A DNA stretch of 64,000 nucleotides from Eledone cirrhosa (Eukaryota): positions 19,592,001 to 19,656,000 of the forward strand of contig OZ024745.1 in NCBI GenBank assembly GCA_964016885.1. Direction: 5' to 3'. The notes below the pieces were generated by a model. That model was not told where the DNA came from. It saw only the letters and a list, made by a program, of their open reading frames with translations, and did no database searches. Within the stretch, counting starts at the first letter, position 1. The number at the start of each line of letters is the position of its first letter. Below are positions 1 through 15,603 of the stretch, one piece after another. Made by a program: the position numbers and the translations under genes.

Positions 1-2120
1 GGTAGTGGTTAGTAATGGTTAGGTGTTAATGGTGGCGGTGGTGGTAGTGGTTGGTAGTGGTTAGGTGTTAATGGTGGCGGTGGTGGTAGTGGTTGGTAGT
101 GGTTAGGTGTTAATGGTGGCGGTGGTGGTAGTGGTTAGTAGTGGTTAGGTGTTAATGGTGGCGGTGGTGGTAGTGGTTGGTAGTGGTTAGGTGTTAATGG
201 TGGCGGTGGTGGTAGTGGTTGGTAGTGGTTAGGTGTTAATGGTGGCGGTGGTGGTAGCGGTTGGTAGTGGTTAGGTGTTAATGGTGGCGGTGGTGGTAGT
301 GGTTGGTAGTGGTTAGGTGTTAATGGTGGCGGTGGTGGTAGCGGTTGGTAGTGGTTAGGTGTTAATGGTGGCGGTGGTGGTAGTGGTTAGTAGTGGTTAG
401 GTGTTAATGGTGGCGGTGGTGGTAGTGGTTAGTAGTGGTTAGGTGTTAATGGTGGCGGTGGTGGTAGTGGTTGGTAGTGGTTAGGTGTTAATGGTGGCGG
501 TGGTGGTAGTGGTTAGTAGTGGTTAGGTGTTAATGGCGGCGGTGGTGGTAGCGGTTGGTAATGGTTAGGTGTTAATGGTGGCGGTGGTGGTAGTGGTTAG
601 TAGTGGTTAGGTGTTAATGGTGGCGGTGGTGGTAGTGGTTAGTAGTGGTTAGGTGTTAATGGTGGCGGTGGTGGTAGTGGTTAGTAATGGTTAGGTGTTA
701 ATGGTGGCGGTGGTGGTAGTGGTTAGTAGTGGTTAGGTGTTAATGGCGGCGGTGGTGGTAGTGGTTAGTAGTGGTTAGGTGTTAATGGCGGCGGTGGTGG
801 TAGTGGTTAGTAGTGGTTAGGTGTTAATGGTGGCGGTGGTGGTAGTGGTTAGTAGTGGTTAGGTGTTAATGGTGGCGGTGGTGGTAGTGGTTAGTAGTGG
901 TTAGGTGTTAATGGCGGCGGTGGTGGTAGTGGTTAGTAGTGGTTAGGTGTTAATGGTGGCGGTGGTGGTAGTGGTTAGTAATGGTTAGGTGTTAATGGTG
1001 GCGGTGGTGGTAGTGGTTGGTAGTGGTTAGGTGTTAATGGTGGCGGTGGTGGTAGTGGTTAGTAGTGGTTAGGTGTTAATGGCGGCGGTGGTGGTAGCGG
1101 TTGGTAATGGTTAGGTGTTAATGGCGGCGGTGGTGGTAGTGGTTAGTAGTGGTTAGGTGTTAATGGTGGCGGTGGTGGTAGTGGTTAGTAGTGGTTAGGT
1201 GTTAATGGTGGCGGTGGTGGTAGTGGTTAGTAGTGGTTAGGTGTTAATGGTGGCGGTGGTGGTAGTGGTTAGTAGTGGTTAGGTGTTAATGGCGGCGGTG
1301 GTGGTAGTGGTTAGTAGTGGTTAGGTGTTAATGGTGGCGGTGGTGGTAGTGGTTAGTAGTGGTTAGGTGTTAATGGTGGCGGTGGTGGTAGTGGTTAGTA
1401 GTGGTTAGGTGTTAATGGCGGCGGTGGTGGTAGTGGTTAGTAGTGGTTAGGTGTTAATGGCGGCGGTGGTGGTAGTGGTTAGTAGGTGTTAATGGTGGCG
1501 GTGGTGGTAGTGGTTAGTAGTGGTTAGGTGTTAATGGTGGCGGTGGTGGTAGTGGTTAGTAGTGGTTAGGTGTTAATGGTGGCGGTGGTGGTAGTGGTTA
1601 GTAGTGGTTAGGTGTTAATGGTGGCGGTGGTGGTAGTGGTTAGTAGTGGTTAGGTGTTAATGGTGGCGGTGGTGGTAGTGGTTAGTAGTGGTTAGGTGTT
1701 AATGGCGGCGGTGGTGGTAGTGGTTAGTAGTGGTTAGGTGTTAATGGCGGCGGTGGTGGTAGTGGTTAGTAGTGGTTAGGTGTTAATGGTGGCGGTGGTG
1801 GTAGTGGTTAGTAGTGGTTAGGTGTTAATGGTGGCGGTGGTGGTAGCGGTTAGTAGTGGTTAGGTGTTAATGGTGGCGGTGGTGGTAGTGGTTAGTAGTG
1901 GTTAGGTGTTAATGGTGGCGGTGGTGGTAGTGGTTAGTAGTGGTTAGGTGTTAATGGCGGCGGTGGTGGTAGTGGTTAGTAGTGGTTAGGTGTTAATGGT
2001 GGCGGTGGTGGTAGTGGTTGGTAGTGGTTAGGTGTTAATGGTGGCGGTGGTGGTAGTGGTTAGTAGTGGTTAGGTGTTAATGGCGGCGGTGGTGGTAGTG
2101 GTTAGTAGTGGTTAGGTGTT
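1..2120. repeat. 42-bp G/T-rich tandem repeat, ~50 copies, runs off the window start
   Basis: Unit ggtagtggttagtagtggttaggtgttaatggtggcggtggt repeated with few variants. Confidence 0.97.
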
Positions 2121-2795
2121 ATACATACATATATACATACACATACATACATACACATATATACATACACATACATACATACACATACATACACATACAT
2201 ACATACACATACATACATACACATACACATACATACATACACATATATACATACACATACACACATACATACATACACATACATACATACACACACACAT
2301 ACATACATACACATATATACATACACATACATACACACATACATACATACACATACATACATACACATACACATACATACATACACATATATACATACAC
2401 ATATATACATACACATACATACATAAACATACAGAAATATATACATACACATACATACATACACATATATACATACACATACATACATACACATACAGAC
2501 ATATATACATACACATACTTACATACACATATATACATACACATCCTTACATACACATACATACATACACATATATATATACATACACATACATACATAA
2601 ACATACACACACACACATACATACACATATATATATACATACAAATACATTCACATACATACATAAACATACACACACACATACATACACATATATACAT
2701 ATACACACATACATACACATATATACATAGACATATATATATATATATATATACAGACATATATACACCGACAGCGTTACACACATATATACACA
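2121..2795. repeat. Compound (TACA)/(CA)/(TA) microsatellite
   Basis: Directly visible; source of the spurious HTY/VCM ORFs. Confidence 0.95.
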
Positions 2796-2894
2796 TGTGT
2801 GGGTGTCATGGCGTAGTTTGGTCAGAAATTCTAGACACGTGCGAGTGCTTGTAAACAATGGGATGGAAATATCTCCACAGGTGGAACAGATGCG

Positions 2895-4500
<1,606 letters not shown>

Positions 4501-4502
4501 CA

Positions 4503-4652
4503 ATATTACTGGTACTTTATTTTATCGACCATGTAAGAATGAAAGGCAAGGTTAACCTCGGCGGGATTTGAACCCAGAGTGTAAAGGGCTGTAACTCTAT
4601 GCCGCAAAGTCTGTTGCCCAACTCTCCACCGATACTGCCAATCCACTGCTCA
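4503..4652 (-). mobile_element. tRNA-derived SINE (dominant family in the window; other copies near 20250-20590, 24690-24880, 29530-29725, 36485-36675, 39090-39310, 55650-55815)
   Basis: Family consensus ggcggtggattggcagtatcg (A-box-like) ... gagttcaaatccc (B-box) ... gcctttcatccttacggggtcgataaaataaagtacc, recurring many times. Confidence 0.85.
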
Positions 4653-4879
4653 TGAGAATAAAATCTCTTCTTTCACTAGAAAGCCAGGCTTTATCTGAAA
4701 CTAATGTTGCTTCCTGAACTAGAAATACTTCCGTCCTTCTCAGGTAAACATATCAGGTTTAGGAATAACTCAACCATTTGTTTCACTTGTAGAAACTGGA
4801 GCTAACATTGGGAAATAGATGAAAACCAAGCAGTTAAGAAATACTATGACCAATAAATAATATGGCTTGGACGTTGCAG

Positions 4880-5327
4880 GCTTCCCTTCCCGGTGGGGCT
4901 GGACCGAGGGGATGGCAAAAGACCAAATAGCATGACCATCTTCCCGTTCCGCGGTGGAAAACCCCTCGTCTGGGATGCCACTTGCACCGACACTTTCTGC
5001 AGCCACAACCTGGTGCAGTATGCGACTAACCCAGGTTCTGCTGCACGTCGGGCTGAGGAGGCCAAACTCTTCAAATACCGGTCGCTCTCCGACAGGTTTG
5101 CGGTCGTACCCTTGGCAGTGGAGACTTCTGGTGTTCTCGGCCCTAGAGCTAACTCCCTTCTCACCACCATAGGCGCTGAGCTGGCCAGCCGCAGGTGTGA
5201 GCCCCGTGAGTTGGAGTGGCTTTTCCTGCGCGTCTCCCTTGCCGTCCCCCGGAGAAACGCCATCTCCATTCTGTCCGCCGGGGCTGTGGGGCGACAAGCC
5301 AATTATATTACGAATTCTGTTGAATAG
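4880..5327 (+). mobile_element. Non-LTR retrotransposon fragment, C-terminal restriction-like endonuclease domain (CRE-like clade)
   Basis: GLDRGDGKRPNSMTIFPFRGGKPLVWDAT..DT, KxxKY, VPLAVETSGVLGP, WLFLRVSLAV.R.NA motifs; the RPD motif reads RPN here. Confidence 0.8.
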
Positions 5328-5451
5328 TCTTAAATACTGCAGCCTCCACCCTAAGTTAATAGAAACATTCATAACTTCTATATAATCGTTCGACCTGTTA
5401 GAAAGAACAGCTGAACTCCCCTCAAATCACACCTTCCTGTGTTATGAAATA

Positions 5452-5690
5452 ACATGGTCCTTGATGTACTTTGTCTTGTGACGGTGCGTGGTTTAGTGTT
5501 TAGGGTGTCATGGTCCTTGATGTACTTTGTCTTGTGACGGTGCGTGGTTTAGTGTTTAGGGTGTCATGGTCCTTGATGTACTTTGTCTTGTGAAGGTGCG
5601 TGGTTTAGTGTTAAGGGTGCCATGTAGCTTGGTGTACTTTGTCTTGTGAAGGTGCGTGGTTTAGTGTTAAGGGTGTTGGGTTCACGGTTG
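5452..5690. repeat. 62-bp tandem repeat (~3.5 copies) running into a SINE head
   Basis: catggtccttgatgtactttgtcttgtgacggtgcgtggtttagtgtttagggtgt repeated; followed by a tgtgtccttgagcaagaca CORE-like segment. Confidence 0.8.
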
Positions 5691-6044
5691 TACTATTGTC
5701 AATTAGATTTCTAGAGCAGGTGATACATTGTGTCCTTGAGCAAGACAATTTATTTCACATTATTCCAGTCAACCCAACTGAAGAGGGGAGGGGTGATGAC
5801 ATTGCTGCCAATTTATATCAGCTTTTGTCTTTCCTTTGGCAGCCTTTGTCTGACATTAGCAGCGTGAGAGGAAGAGACTGACATTCATAGGTGACTGCTG
5901 GTCTTCCACAAAATATCTTCATTAGGCTTGCCTCTCCGAGAAGAATTTTCCAAATGAAAACTTTTGAAACAATAAATGAAAGAGAAGGATAGAGAATCAG
6001 AAAAGAAAAAAAAAGGGAGGAAATGTAAGAAAAAGATCATGAAC

Positions 6045-6626
6045 ACAAGCGGCCAAAATGGGATTCCTCCGAAGGGTCTTTGGAGTAACGTTACTCGACA
6101 GATCAGAGAGTCACTCAAGGTAGAGCCGCTACTTCTTCGAATTGAGAATTCCCAGCTCAGATACTATGGGGATGTTGTTAGAATGTCTCAGGAATGAATC
6201 ACTGGACAGATTTTACGGGCAAAACCATACGACAGGAGACCCAGAGGTAGACCCTGAGCAAGATGGTTGGATAACATCCATGACCTTGGCTGGTCTCGCT
6301 TGGGGATCTAACCGGATCAGTTGGAGACAGTTGCTTCTGACAGGACCCACTGGAAGGAGTGTTTGAGGACTCTACCACCACGACACCCTCGGGAATGTGG
6401 GAGAAGAAGAAGAAGAAGAAGAAGAAGAAGAAGAAGGAGGGGAAGAAGAAGAAGAAGAAGAAGAAGGAGGAGGAGGGGAAGAAGAAGAAGAAGAAGAAGA
6501 AGGAGGAGGGGGGGGGGGAGAAGGAGGAGGATGAGGAGGATGGGGGAGGAGAAGGAGGAGGAGGAGGGGGGGAGAAGAAGAAGAAGAAGAACAAGAAGAA
6601 GAAGAAGAAGAAGAAGGAGGAGGAGT
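6045..6626 (+). mobile_element. RTE-like LINE 3' fragment with (GAA/GGA)n tail (related copies 12467-12725 +, 19303-19560 -, 31110-31500 -, 63285-63535 -)
   Basis: IRESLKVEPLLLRIENSQLRYYGDVVRM and RPRGRP..RW-type C-terminal RT sequence, disrupted by stops. Confidence 0.8.
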
Positions 6627-8101
6627 GGTTGAAGAATGGTGGTTGGTGTACTTTAATAGTTCAAATCTTTACTGTAAGTCGTTATTAATTTTAGTTCTAG
6701 TAAGTCGTTTTCATTTTTTTTTTTTTTGGCAATATAGCATGTGGACCAATACTTCATGCGTGGCGAAACCTTGGACTTAGAACCAGCAGGCTCGTCTATC
6801 GCGAAAGCGTTCAACCCCTGAAACTAAAAGATCGAACGGATCACATCCGGCAACCACTGGCTATTGGATCCACAGGTACATCTCCCAGAGAGTCCACGCA
6901 GATAATAGTGAACCCCAGGTGATCTATGAACGTTTAAACAAGACCAGCTGCGCCTGGAGCTATGCAGATGACTGCTTACGCCTAGTGGATATCGTGCCTG
7001 GGGCTATGCAGGGGACTACATAGGCAGAATGGATATCGCGCCCACACGGTCACCAGTACTGTTCATCCTGTTATATTTTTGTAATAATTTTATGATAATT
7101 TTGTAATAATTTTGCGATAATTTTATGATAATTTGATAATTTTGTAATGATTTTGTGGTAATTTTGTAATAATTTTGTAATAATTTTTAATCCTGTATCA
7201 ATAATTTTAGAATGTTTTTTTTGTGATAATACAGGGTTAGATCACTGAAGCTACCTTATACCTCCTTAAAGATACATTTTATGATTATTGTCTTTTTGCT
7301 TATGTATTTTCTTAGTTACCACTTTCTTTAATCTTGCCCAACTTGATAAACTCCTTGAATTGCTCCCTAATTAAATTACTTAAATTGCTTAGATTATTGT
7401 ATCTATTATGCCTAGGTTGTATCTGTTGAAGCAGTCCTTTGAAAATTCCTCGGATATCCCAAATACCGTAATTTTTAATTTTTAACTTTTAATGTATAAT
7501 TTTCCTCAATTCGTTTTTATATTTATCCTTAAAGGCTCTCTAAAATTTTAATTCTTCGAAGGGTCTCTCGGAGGAGGTTCCTATTGGAAATATTAAAGGG
7601 GCCTTTTCTGAGAGATTTATGGAAGGCTCTCTGAATTGACCTCTAATTGATTAGTTTCTTTCAACCTAGTTTTCAATTCAGTTTTCTGAATTTTGTAAAC
7701 GTGATCTCGGGGGAAGAAGGTTTTTTTCTTTCGGAAAAAATTTTTTTCTCTAGAGGAAATTTCATAGGAACTTTATATATTTTTTAGGGAAACTTTATAT
7801 TTTTATTTTCTTATTTTATTAGCCTCTTAATTTTCTTCTAGACTAATAGGTTTATTGGAGCCTGTAAGCTTTATGCACTCATTGAGGGATTTTCTGAGGT
7901 GCTTCTACGGGACCCCAAGTCTTTTGGTTTAATGTTGATGCGTGAATTATATATTTTGTCTAATTTTTAAACTTCAATCCCTGACCCCGACAACTAATAT
8001 AAAAGAGCCCCCCTTAAAGCGGAGTTGCTGATGTATACAACAATTTCAAACTGCTAGCCTTGAGTGATACGTTGATGTAAACAATGATCTTGCAATCACA
8101 T

Positions 8102-8160
8102 GTTATATGCCTTGATAAGTCCCACCATGGGGTCGGACGAAACGGCTGTCGGCAATAAAC
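8102..8160 (+). ncRNA. Degenerate type I hammerhead ribozyme motif in a Penelope-like tail
   Basis: tgcc-TTGATAA-gtcc..ggac-GAAA-cggctg-TC-ggca; stems I and II pair, core has two changes from CTGATGA; (TA)n follows at 8310. Confidence 0.65.
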
Positions 8161-8307
8161 TTGTTATAATGTCATAATAGTTCCTTTGTTCTTTTTCACT
8201 AATATTTCTGCTCTGCGTATACGCATAGAGCTTAACTAGCTACCGTCACATATTTGGTAAGTCAGACGTGATCATCGCGATTCACATACGACCTACCATA
8301 CATCTTA

Positions 8308-8352
<45 letters not shown>

Positions 8353-8469
8353 TAATATCATTGAATATTTACTCCAGAAATCTGTTGAGTGCTCTAAATC
8401 AGTTATAAACATTTATATTTATATTATATTTGTCGGATTTCCAACAAATTAAATACCCCCTTTTACTTA

Positions 8470-8500
<31 letters not shown>

Positions 8501-8972
8501 GGGGGGGCAAGAGAGAGAGAGAGAGAGAGAGAGTGTGTGTGTTTGTGTATGAATTACGTCCAGGTGCGATTAATATTCTGTCGAGGCTCCAGAGATTTCA
8601 TTGTCTGATAAACCTCTTTTAAAGCCGAGGCAGGAAATTATCGTATGTAGTTCGTATATGATTCTGTGAACATATTCAAGTCTGTGATCCAACCACGTTA
8701 AACTGACCTTCTTCAGTTAAATTGACAATTTTCTTCACTTTTAATGTTCTCTTTAATTAAGTACTTTTCTAAACCACTTGTAAATGGAAAATGACTAGCA
8801 TGTTCTGAGGTCATAGGGTTGCACTAGAGTAATAATTGAGAAAGTGTTGGACTTAACTATAATCCAGATAAGTTATAGTTAAGGGCCATACACCTTCGAG
8901 GTAGGCCTCAATTTTTGAAATATATTTTCATTTTATCATTAGTTTTTATACTTTAACGCTAAATTATCAAAC

Positions 8973-9042
<70 letters not shown>

Positions 9043-9043
9043 G

Positions 9044-9180
9044 ATTATTTCTGAAGACAGCATATATATGTGATGGTATGTATATTCTCCTTGATAGTTT
9101 GTATAATTTTGTACATAGATCTTTTGAATATGCATGCCAATTCTAACGCATATATGTCCTAGAAACGATCGTAAAATAAT
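9044..9180 (+). ncRNA. Type I hammerhead motif with ~100-nt stem II region
   Basis: attattt-CTGAAGA(9051-57)...GAAA(9162-65)-cgatcg-TA-aaataat; perfect 7-bp stem I, palindromic stem III; (TA)n on both sides. Confidence 0.7.
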
Positions 9181-9271
9181 GAACTTTTTTTGTTTAATAT
9201 AAGGAACTGTTTCTTTGTTTTATTCATTATTTTTTTAATATTTTATATATATATATATGTATATATATATA

Positions 9272-9462
9272 TGAAAATGTTTAACTCGGACGACAGAGCT
9301 CAAGCCGTTTCGACAGTTATTTCTTGGTCCAGAAATAGCCGTCGAAACGGCTTGAGCTCTGCCGTCGGGGTTAAATATTTTCCTATTACCCACTCTACTG
9401 CCCTAAGTATTGAGTACTCTGGTGCGTTATGGTCCACCTGGTTCCTTACCACACCTCCTTCG

Positions 9463-9464
<2 letters not shown>
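9272..9464 (+). mobile_element. ~195-bp hairpin-plus-tail element in (TA)n, copy 1
   Basis: ~50-bp inverted arms then conserved tail gagtactctggtgcgttatggtcca..ggttccttaccac; same family as 14041 and 57238. Confidence 0.85.
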
Positions 9465-9511
<47 letters not shown>

Positions 9512-10342
9512 CTATTTCAAACCCAAACTTCACACTAAGAGTTTTCTCCTTCAAAGTAATCCCCCTGGAGTCTAATGCACTTTTCCATCCTTTTCTGCAC
9601 TCCTGGAAGGATTGTTCCGGGATCCTCCGCAGTTCTGTCATCACGGCCTTTTTTATGTCGTCCACGTCTTCAAAACGGGCCCCATCCGGGTCTTATTCGA
9701 AGATCCATCACCGGTGATGACTGTCCCTAGCAAGTCTGGTTCGGTTTCAAGACGCTCGAGGAACCCTGGCACACTTGCATGCGTTGACCCTTCTCGTCAT
9801 CGTTCAGTAGTTTTGGCATCATCTTCGCGCAGACTTTGCGCATGTTCAAATCTTCAGTGAGAATCTTCCAGACGCTGTCCCGATTCATGCCCAGCTCATT
9901 TGCCATCAGTCGAACAGTCAGCCGACGATCGCTACGCACCATCTGCCTGACGCGCTCAACGTTGACCTCGGTCCTGGTTGTTGAAGGTCTACCGCTCCTG
10001 GGGTCATCTTCCACGTCCTCGCGTCCTTCTTTAAACCTCTTGCACCACTCAAAAACACGTGAGCGTGACATCGTCTCATCTCCATACACTTGCTGCAGCA
10101 ATCCCAGTGCTTCTGACGGAGTTTTCAAGTTTGTTCGTTGCTCTGTGCTCATTGCTTGACCACCTGAAACAGAGGACATGTATATAAAATTATGAAGAAA
10201 AAAGTTTGATCGCTGCAGAGAGCTAAGATTACAGTTACATACTCCAGGGGGATTACTTTGAAGGAGAAAACTCTTAGTGTGAAGTTTGGGTTTGAAATAA
10301 ATCTTTTGTGACATCAGTCCTGGAACTTTTCTGACACACCTC

Positions 10343-10345
<3 letters not shown>
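9512..10345 (-). mobile_element. Internally deleted mariner (Tc1/mariner) transposon
   Basis: HTH region [47 protein letters not shown]; inverted repeats at ~9513-9572 and ~10241-10299; ends in ctgacacacctcgtgTA. Confidence 0.9.
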
Positions 10346-10400
<55 letters not shown>

Positions 10401-10429
10401 ATATATTACCAAAGGTTTCTGGATCCCAG

Positions 10430-10748
<319 letters not shown>

Positions 10749-10815
10749 TATGTATATATATGTTACTAGATATAAATTCTTTATTATATATATATATATA
10801 TATACACACATATAT

Positions 10816-11780
<965 letters not shown>

Positions 11781-12696
11781 GGGTGTGTATGATTGTGTAT
11801 AGAATATTACTCGTTTTATTTACAATCCTTTAAAATTATAATGATATTATAATGAAATAGTATGGCATTTAATGTTAAATGTTAATTTAACAAGTACTTT
11901 CATGCTTTCGAAATCTTCAGGTTCATATTCAGTGGCACTACTTTCAGTGTTTAGCAATTTTTAGACAACTCTATCAGTGAAACAATTGTTAGATTGCAAA
12001 TAAATCTCGTTTTTTGTACTGTTGACCATGTTATTCCCCCCTTTTTCAATTTTATTACTACAAGATAAACTTACATAGGAATACAAGTGAAATCATAAAC
12101 TCGTCATCTACGTAAACCTCTTGTTGAGTCATACAATGCCGTACGCTAAAACTATCCATGATAAGAAGTATTCACAACCTCTAATCGGATTACCTATAAC
12201 GATATCTTGCTATCCTCTATATATATATATACTCTCGGGCCCCAAATAAGGTGGGGTAGAATAAGCGGGGGGGGGGGGAATGTAATAACCTGGGAGGATA
12301 GAATAAGCGGCGGGTGGGGTCGGTAATTTTTTTAGGTTGTCTCCGTTGATTATTTTGAAAATCCAGAATTAGGCGTTTAGTTTACATATTGAGACCCCCG
12401 AGCCATCCTATTTATTTTATAACATGTATAATGTTCTTTTAATGTAAAAAGAATGTATAATTATTGAAGTTTGCTTCTGACAGGGCTGGAAGGAGTGTTT
12501 GAGGACTCTGCCCCCACGACCTTCTCAAGAAGAAGAAGAAGAAGAAGAAGAAGAAGAAGAAGAAGAAGAAGAAGAAGAAGAAGAAGAAGAAGAAGAAGAA
12601 GAAGAAGAAGAAAGAGGAGGAGGAGGAGGAGGAGGAGGGGAGGAGGAGGAGGAGGAGGAGGAGGAGAAGAAGAAGAAGAAGAAGAAGAAGAAGAAG

Positions 12697-12727
<31 letters not shown>

Positions 12728-12769
12728 CAATACTTTCCATTCAGGGACTTTTATGCCTAGTTTGTACAA

Positions 12770-12997
12770 TTAACCCTTTAGCATTTAAACCGGCCATGTC
12801 CGGCCAGAATTCTCTCGCTTCTCTCTGTTTAAAACCGGCCATAACTGGCTGCTCATACTTATGTTAAGGCATTGTTCTCAAAATAAATAATATCACTCTC
12901 GTAGATTCGATATTATGTGAGATATTCGCGCGAGATAATGTGCTTAACAAGAAAATACAATACTATATATAGAGTAATGTAAATGCTAAAGGGATAA
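12770..12997. mobile_element. piggyBac-type MITE (other copies 37629-37842, 41654-42198, 63966-64000)
   Basis: TTAA-ccctttagcattt ... aaatgctaaaggg-(T/A)TAA termini. Confidence 0.8.
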
Positions 12998-13189
12998 ACA
13001 GAATTTATGGAATATATATAATGAATATGAAATATTGAAAAGAAACGAATCAATAGAAATCAATCAAAGAAAAAGAAAGTAGCATTGGAAAGGACTATAA
13101 TTGAGAGGAAAGGGAGAGAAAGGGTGAGGATTATTAAACAACGAAAGAAAGGAGGAAGGGGAGAAGGTGGCAGACTCTACACCTGAGTC

Positions 13190-13505
13190 AGAGTGGTGTT
13201 TAGGATGTCCCCTGCGGACAAAATGGTATTGCTGAGGACAATAGCCAGCAACACCTACTGCAACAGACACCCAACATGCGGGGCTCTTTCGTTAGCCGGG
13301 CTGTTGTCATACTAATTTTACTGAGGAGGTCAGTTGTACCGGGTCTGAGAATGCCTGAAGTCTCGACAGTGATCGGTGCAAAGAGGAAGCGGGTGAGCAG
13401 GCCCCGGTATTTGCTTATCTTCTTGTCCTCTGCATTGCGGGCCGCAGTACCTGGGATTTGTGGTCGAAGCGACTAGGCTGGAGGCGGAGAAAGTGTTGCA
13501 ATATG
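13190..13505 (-). mobile_element. CRE-like non-LTR endonuclease-domain remnant (further remnants ~46310-46465 -, ~53870-54070 +)
   Basis: KYRGLLTRFLFAPITVETSGIL; other copies give EWLFQRVSHAVHRGN and SLAILHGNAFTILSA. Confidence 0.7.
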
Positions 13506-14040
13506 TCGCCTATTTTTCATGGTCAAAAAAAAAAAAAAAAGGCGTTGCAGCATCTTAATTTTCAATAAATATTATATCAACTCAACGTTTCTAAAAATAA
13601 ACCATTGTAATTATTAAAAATTTATTGAAAACATATCTATAACAACTTCCCAGAATGTCTGACGTTTCAAGATATGACAACTGCTCGTGTATCAAAATTG
13701 TCTCATGTAATTAATTAATTAATTTAAGGCTGGCTATTTTTACCATCGTCATCTTAGAGAGAGAGGGAGAGAGAGAGAGAGAGGGGGGTGGGGATAAAGA
13801 GAACCATGGCAACGTTGTTGTTGTTGTTGTTGTTGTGGATGTTTCTGTTGTTCATTCATTCTCTCAGTAATTCTATCCGACCGTTAGAGTCAAGATTCTT
13901 TCAGCAGTCAGTAAAATGACTTGTATATCATGATGTCAGTTATTATTTATAACCAGCAGACGATATCACTGATTTTCTCTATCTGTCAGTTTTCCTCTCC
14001 CTCTCTCTCTCTCTCTGTCTATATATATATATATATATAT

Positions 14041-14232
14041 AGGAAAATGTATGACCCCGACGACAGAGCTCAAGCCGTTTCGACGGCTATTTCTGTCCAC
14101 AGAAATAGCCGTCGAAACGGCTTGAGTTCTGCCGTCGGGGTCATACATTTTCCTATTACCCACTCTACTACCCTAAGTATTGAGTACTCTGGTGCGTTAT
14201 GGTCCATCTGGTTCCTTACCACAACTCCTTCG

Positions 14233-14234
<2 letters not shown>
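14041..14234 (+). mobile_element. ~195-bp hairpin-plus-tail element in (TA)n, copy 2
   Basis: Arms 14041-14095 / 14100-14154, loop tcca, same tail as copy 1. Confidence 0.88.
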
Positions 14235-14291
<57 letters not shown>

Positions 14292-14298
<7 letters not shown>

Positions 14299-15330
14299 TA
14301 AAATAACAGATTAAAGTTTAAGCAAAGAATCGCTGCTTTCACCCTTAACGGGATCTTCTGAAACTAAAAAAGTCAATCTGTGAACGCAGAAGTAAATATT
14401 TCAAAAAACGTTGCAACCGAAGGAAGACAGGAAGACGATACTTTGGGTCGTGGAAACGTTCCCTGGCAAAGAACAGAAAAAAACGAAGATAATACGTCAT
14501 TATTTGGTTCAAATCCATCCGAGGTTGACTTTGTCTTTCATCCTTATGGGGTCGATAAAATAAAGTACCAGTAATGCACTAGGGTAATTGCTGGCCTTGT
14601 GCCAAAAGTAGAAACAATTATTTGGTGCAGTGAAAACAATTACACGCAAAGACAAAACCACGTTTATGGTATAAATGAAGTCGTAGACTAATATTCTATT
14701 AGGTGGTTCATGGAGACGTTCTCTGGCATTGAACCGAAAAAACGAAGATAATACGTCATTATGTTGAGCAATGAGAACAATTACACGCAAAGACAAAACC
14801 ACGTAAATGGTATAACTGAAGTCATAGACTAAAATTCTATTTAGGAAACCGAATGATTCTCGGCTTCAAAGTTAAGAATAAAGTAAATAAAATACAGAGG
14901 TAATTGAAATTAAATATATACATACACACATCCATATACGTACATACTTAAGCATACGCGAAAACACTCTCCATGGGTATGCAAATACAAGCACGTACAC
15001 ACAAAAAAAAAAAGGAAAACACACACGCACATACAGAACCCACGCAACGCCTGTACCGCACACATACGAACGTATACACCAAATACACATAAAAAATAAA
15101 TAAAAATATAGGAGGAGGTTATAGTTCACTTGAAGCATTGTGTAATGAGGTATAAACGTTTGTATATGTATAATAAAGCCAAAACAATGCAGGTATGGAC
15201 ATAGAATAAAGAATGCAAATGCAAAAGATATTGTTGACAATTAGTCTTTTACCTTAGATTTATTTAAATGTCCTTAATTTTCGAGATATCTCTTCTTCAG
15301 AGAAAAGTAAAGCTCTCAAACCAGTGTTCT
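14292..15330 (-). mobile_element. Penelope-like terminal region with internal direct repeats, interrupted by a SINE
   Basis: Near-identical to 34213-34747; hammerhead-like CAGAAGA-tcccgttaagggt-GAAA on minus at 14337-14360; SINE 14509-14616 with target duplication attatttggt. Confidence 0.6.
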
Positions 15331-15447
15331 AAATAGCTTGCCAAGTTATGCTGACAGGAAATGGTATAGAGTATCTGTTCTATCTCTAATGGTATCGAGT
15401 ACTCTGGTGCGTTATGGTCCACCTGGTTTCTTACCACACTTTCTTTG

Positions 15448-15603
<156 letters not shown>

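Noticed and set aside
1-2120. Telomere
   Set aside because: TTAGG occurs once per 42-bp unit, not as a pure TTAGGG/TTAGG array
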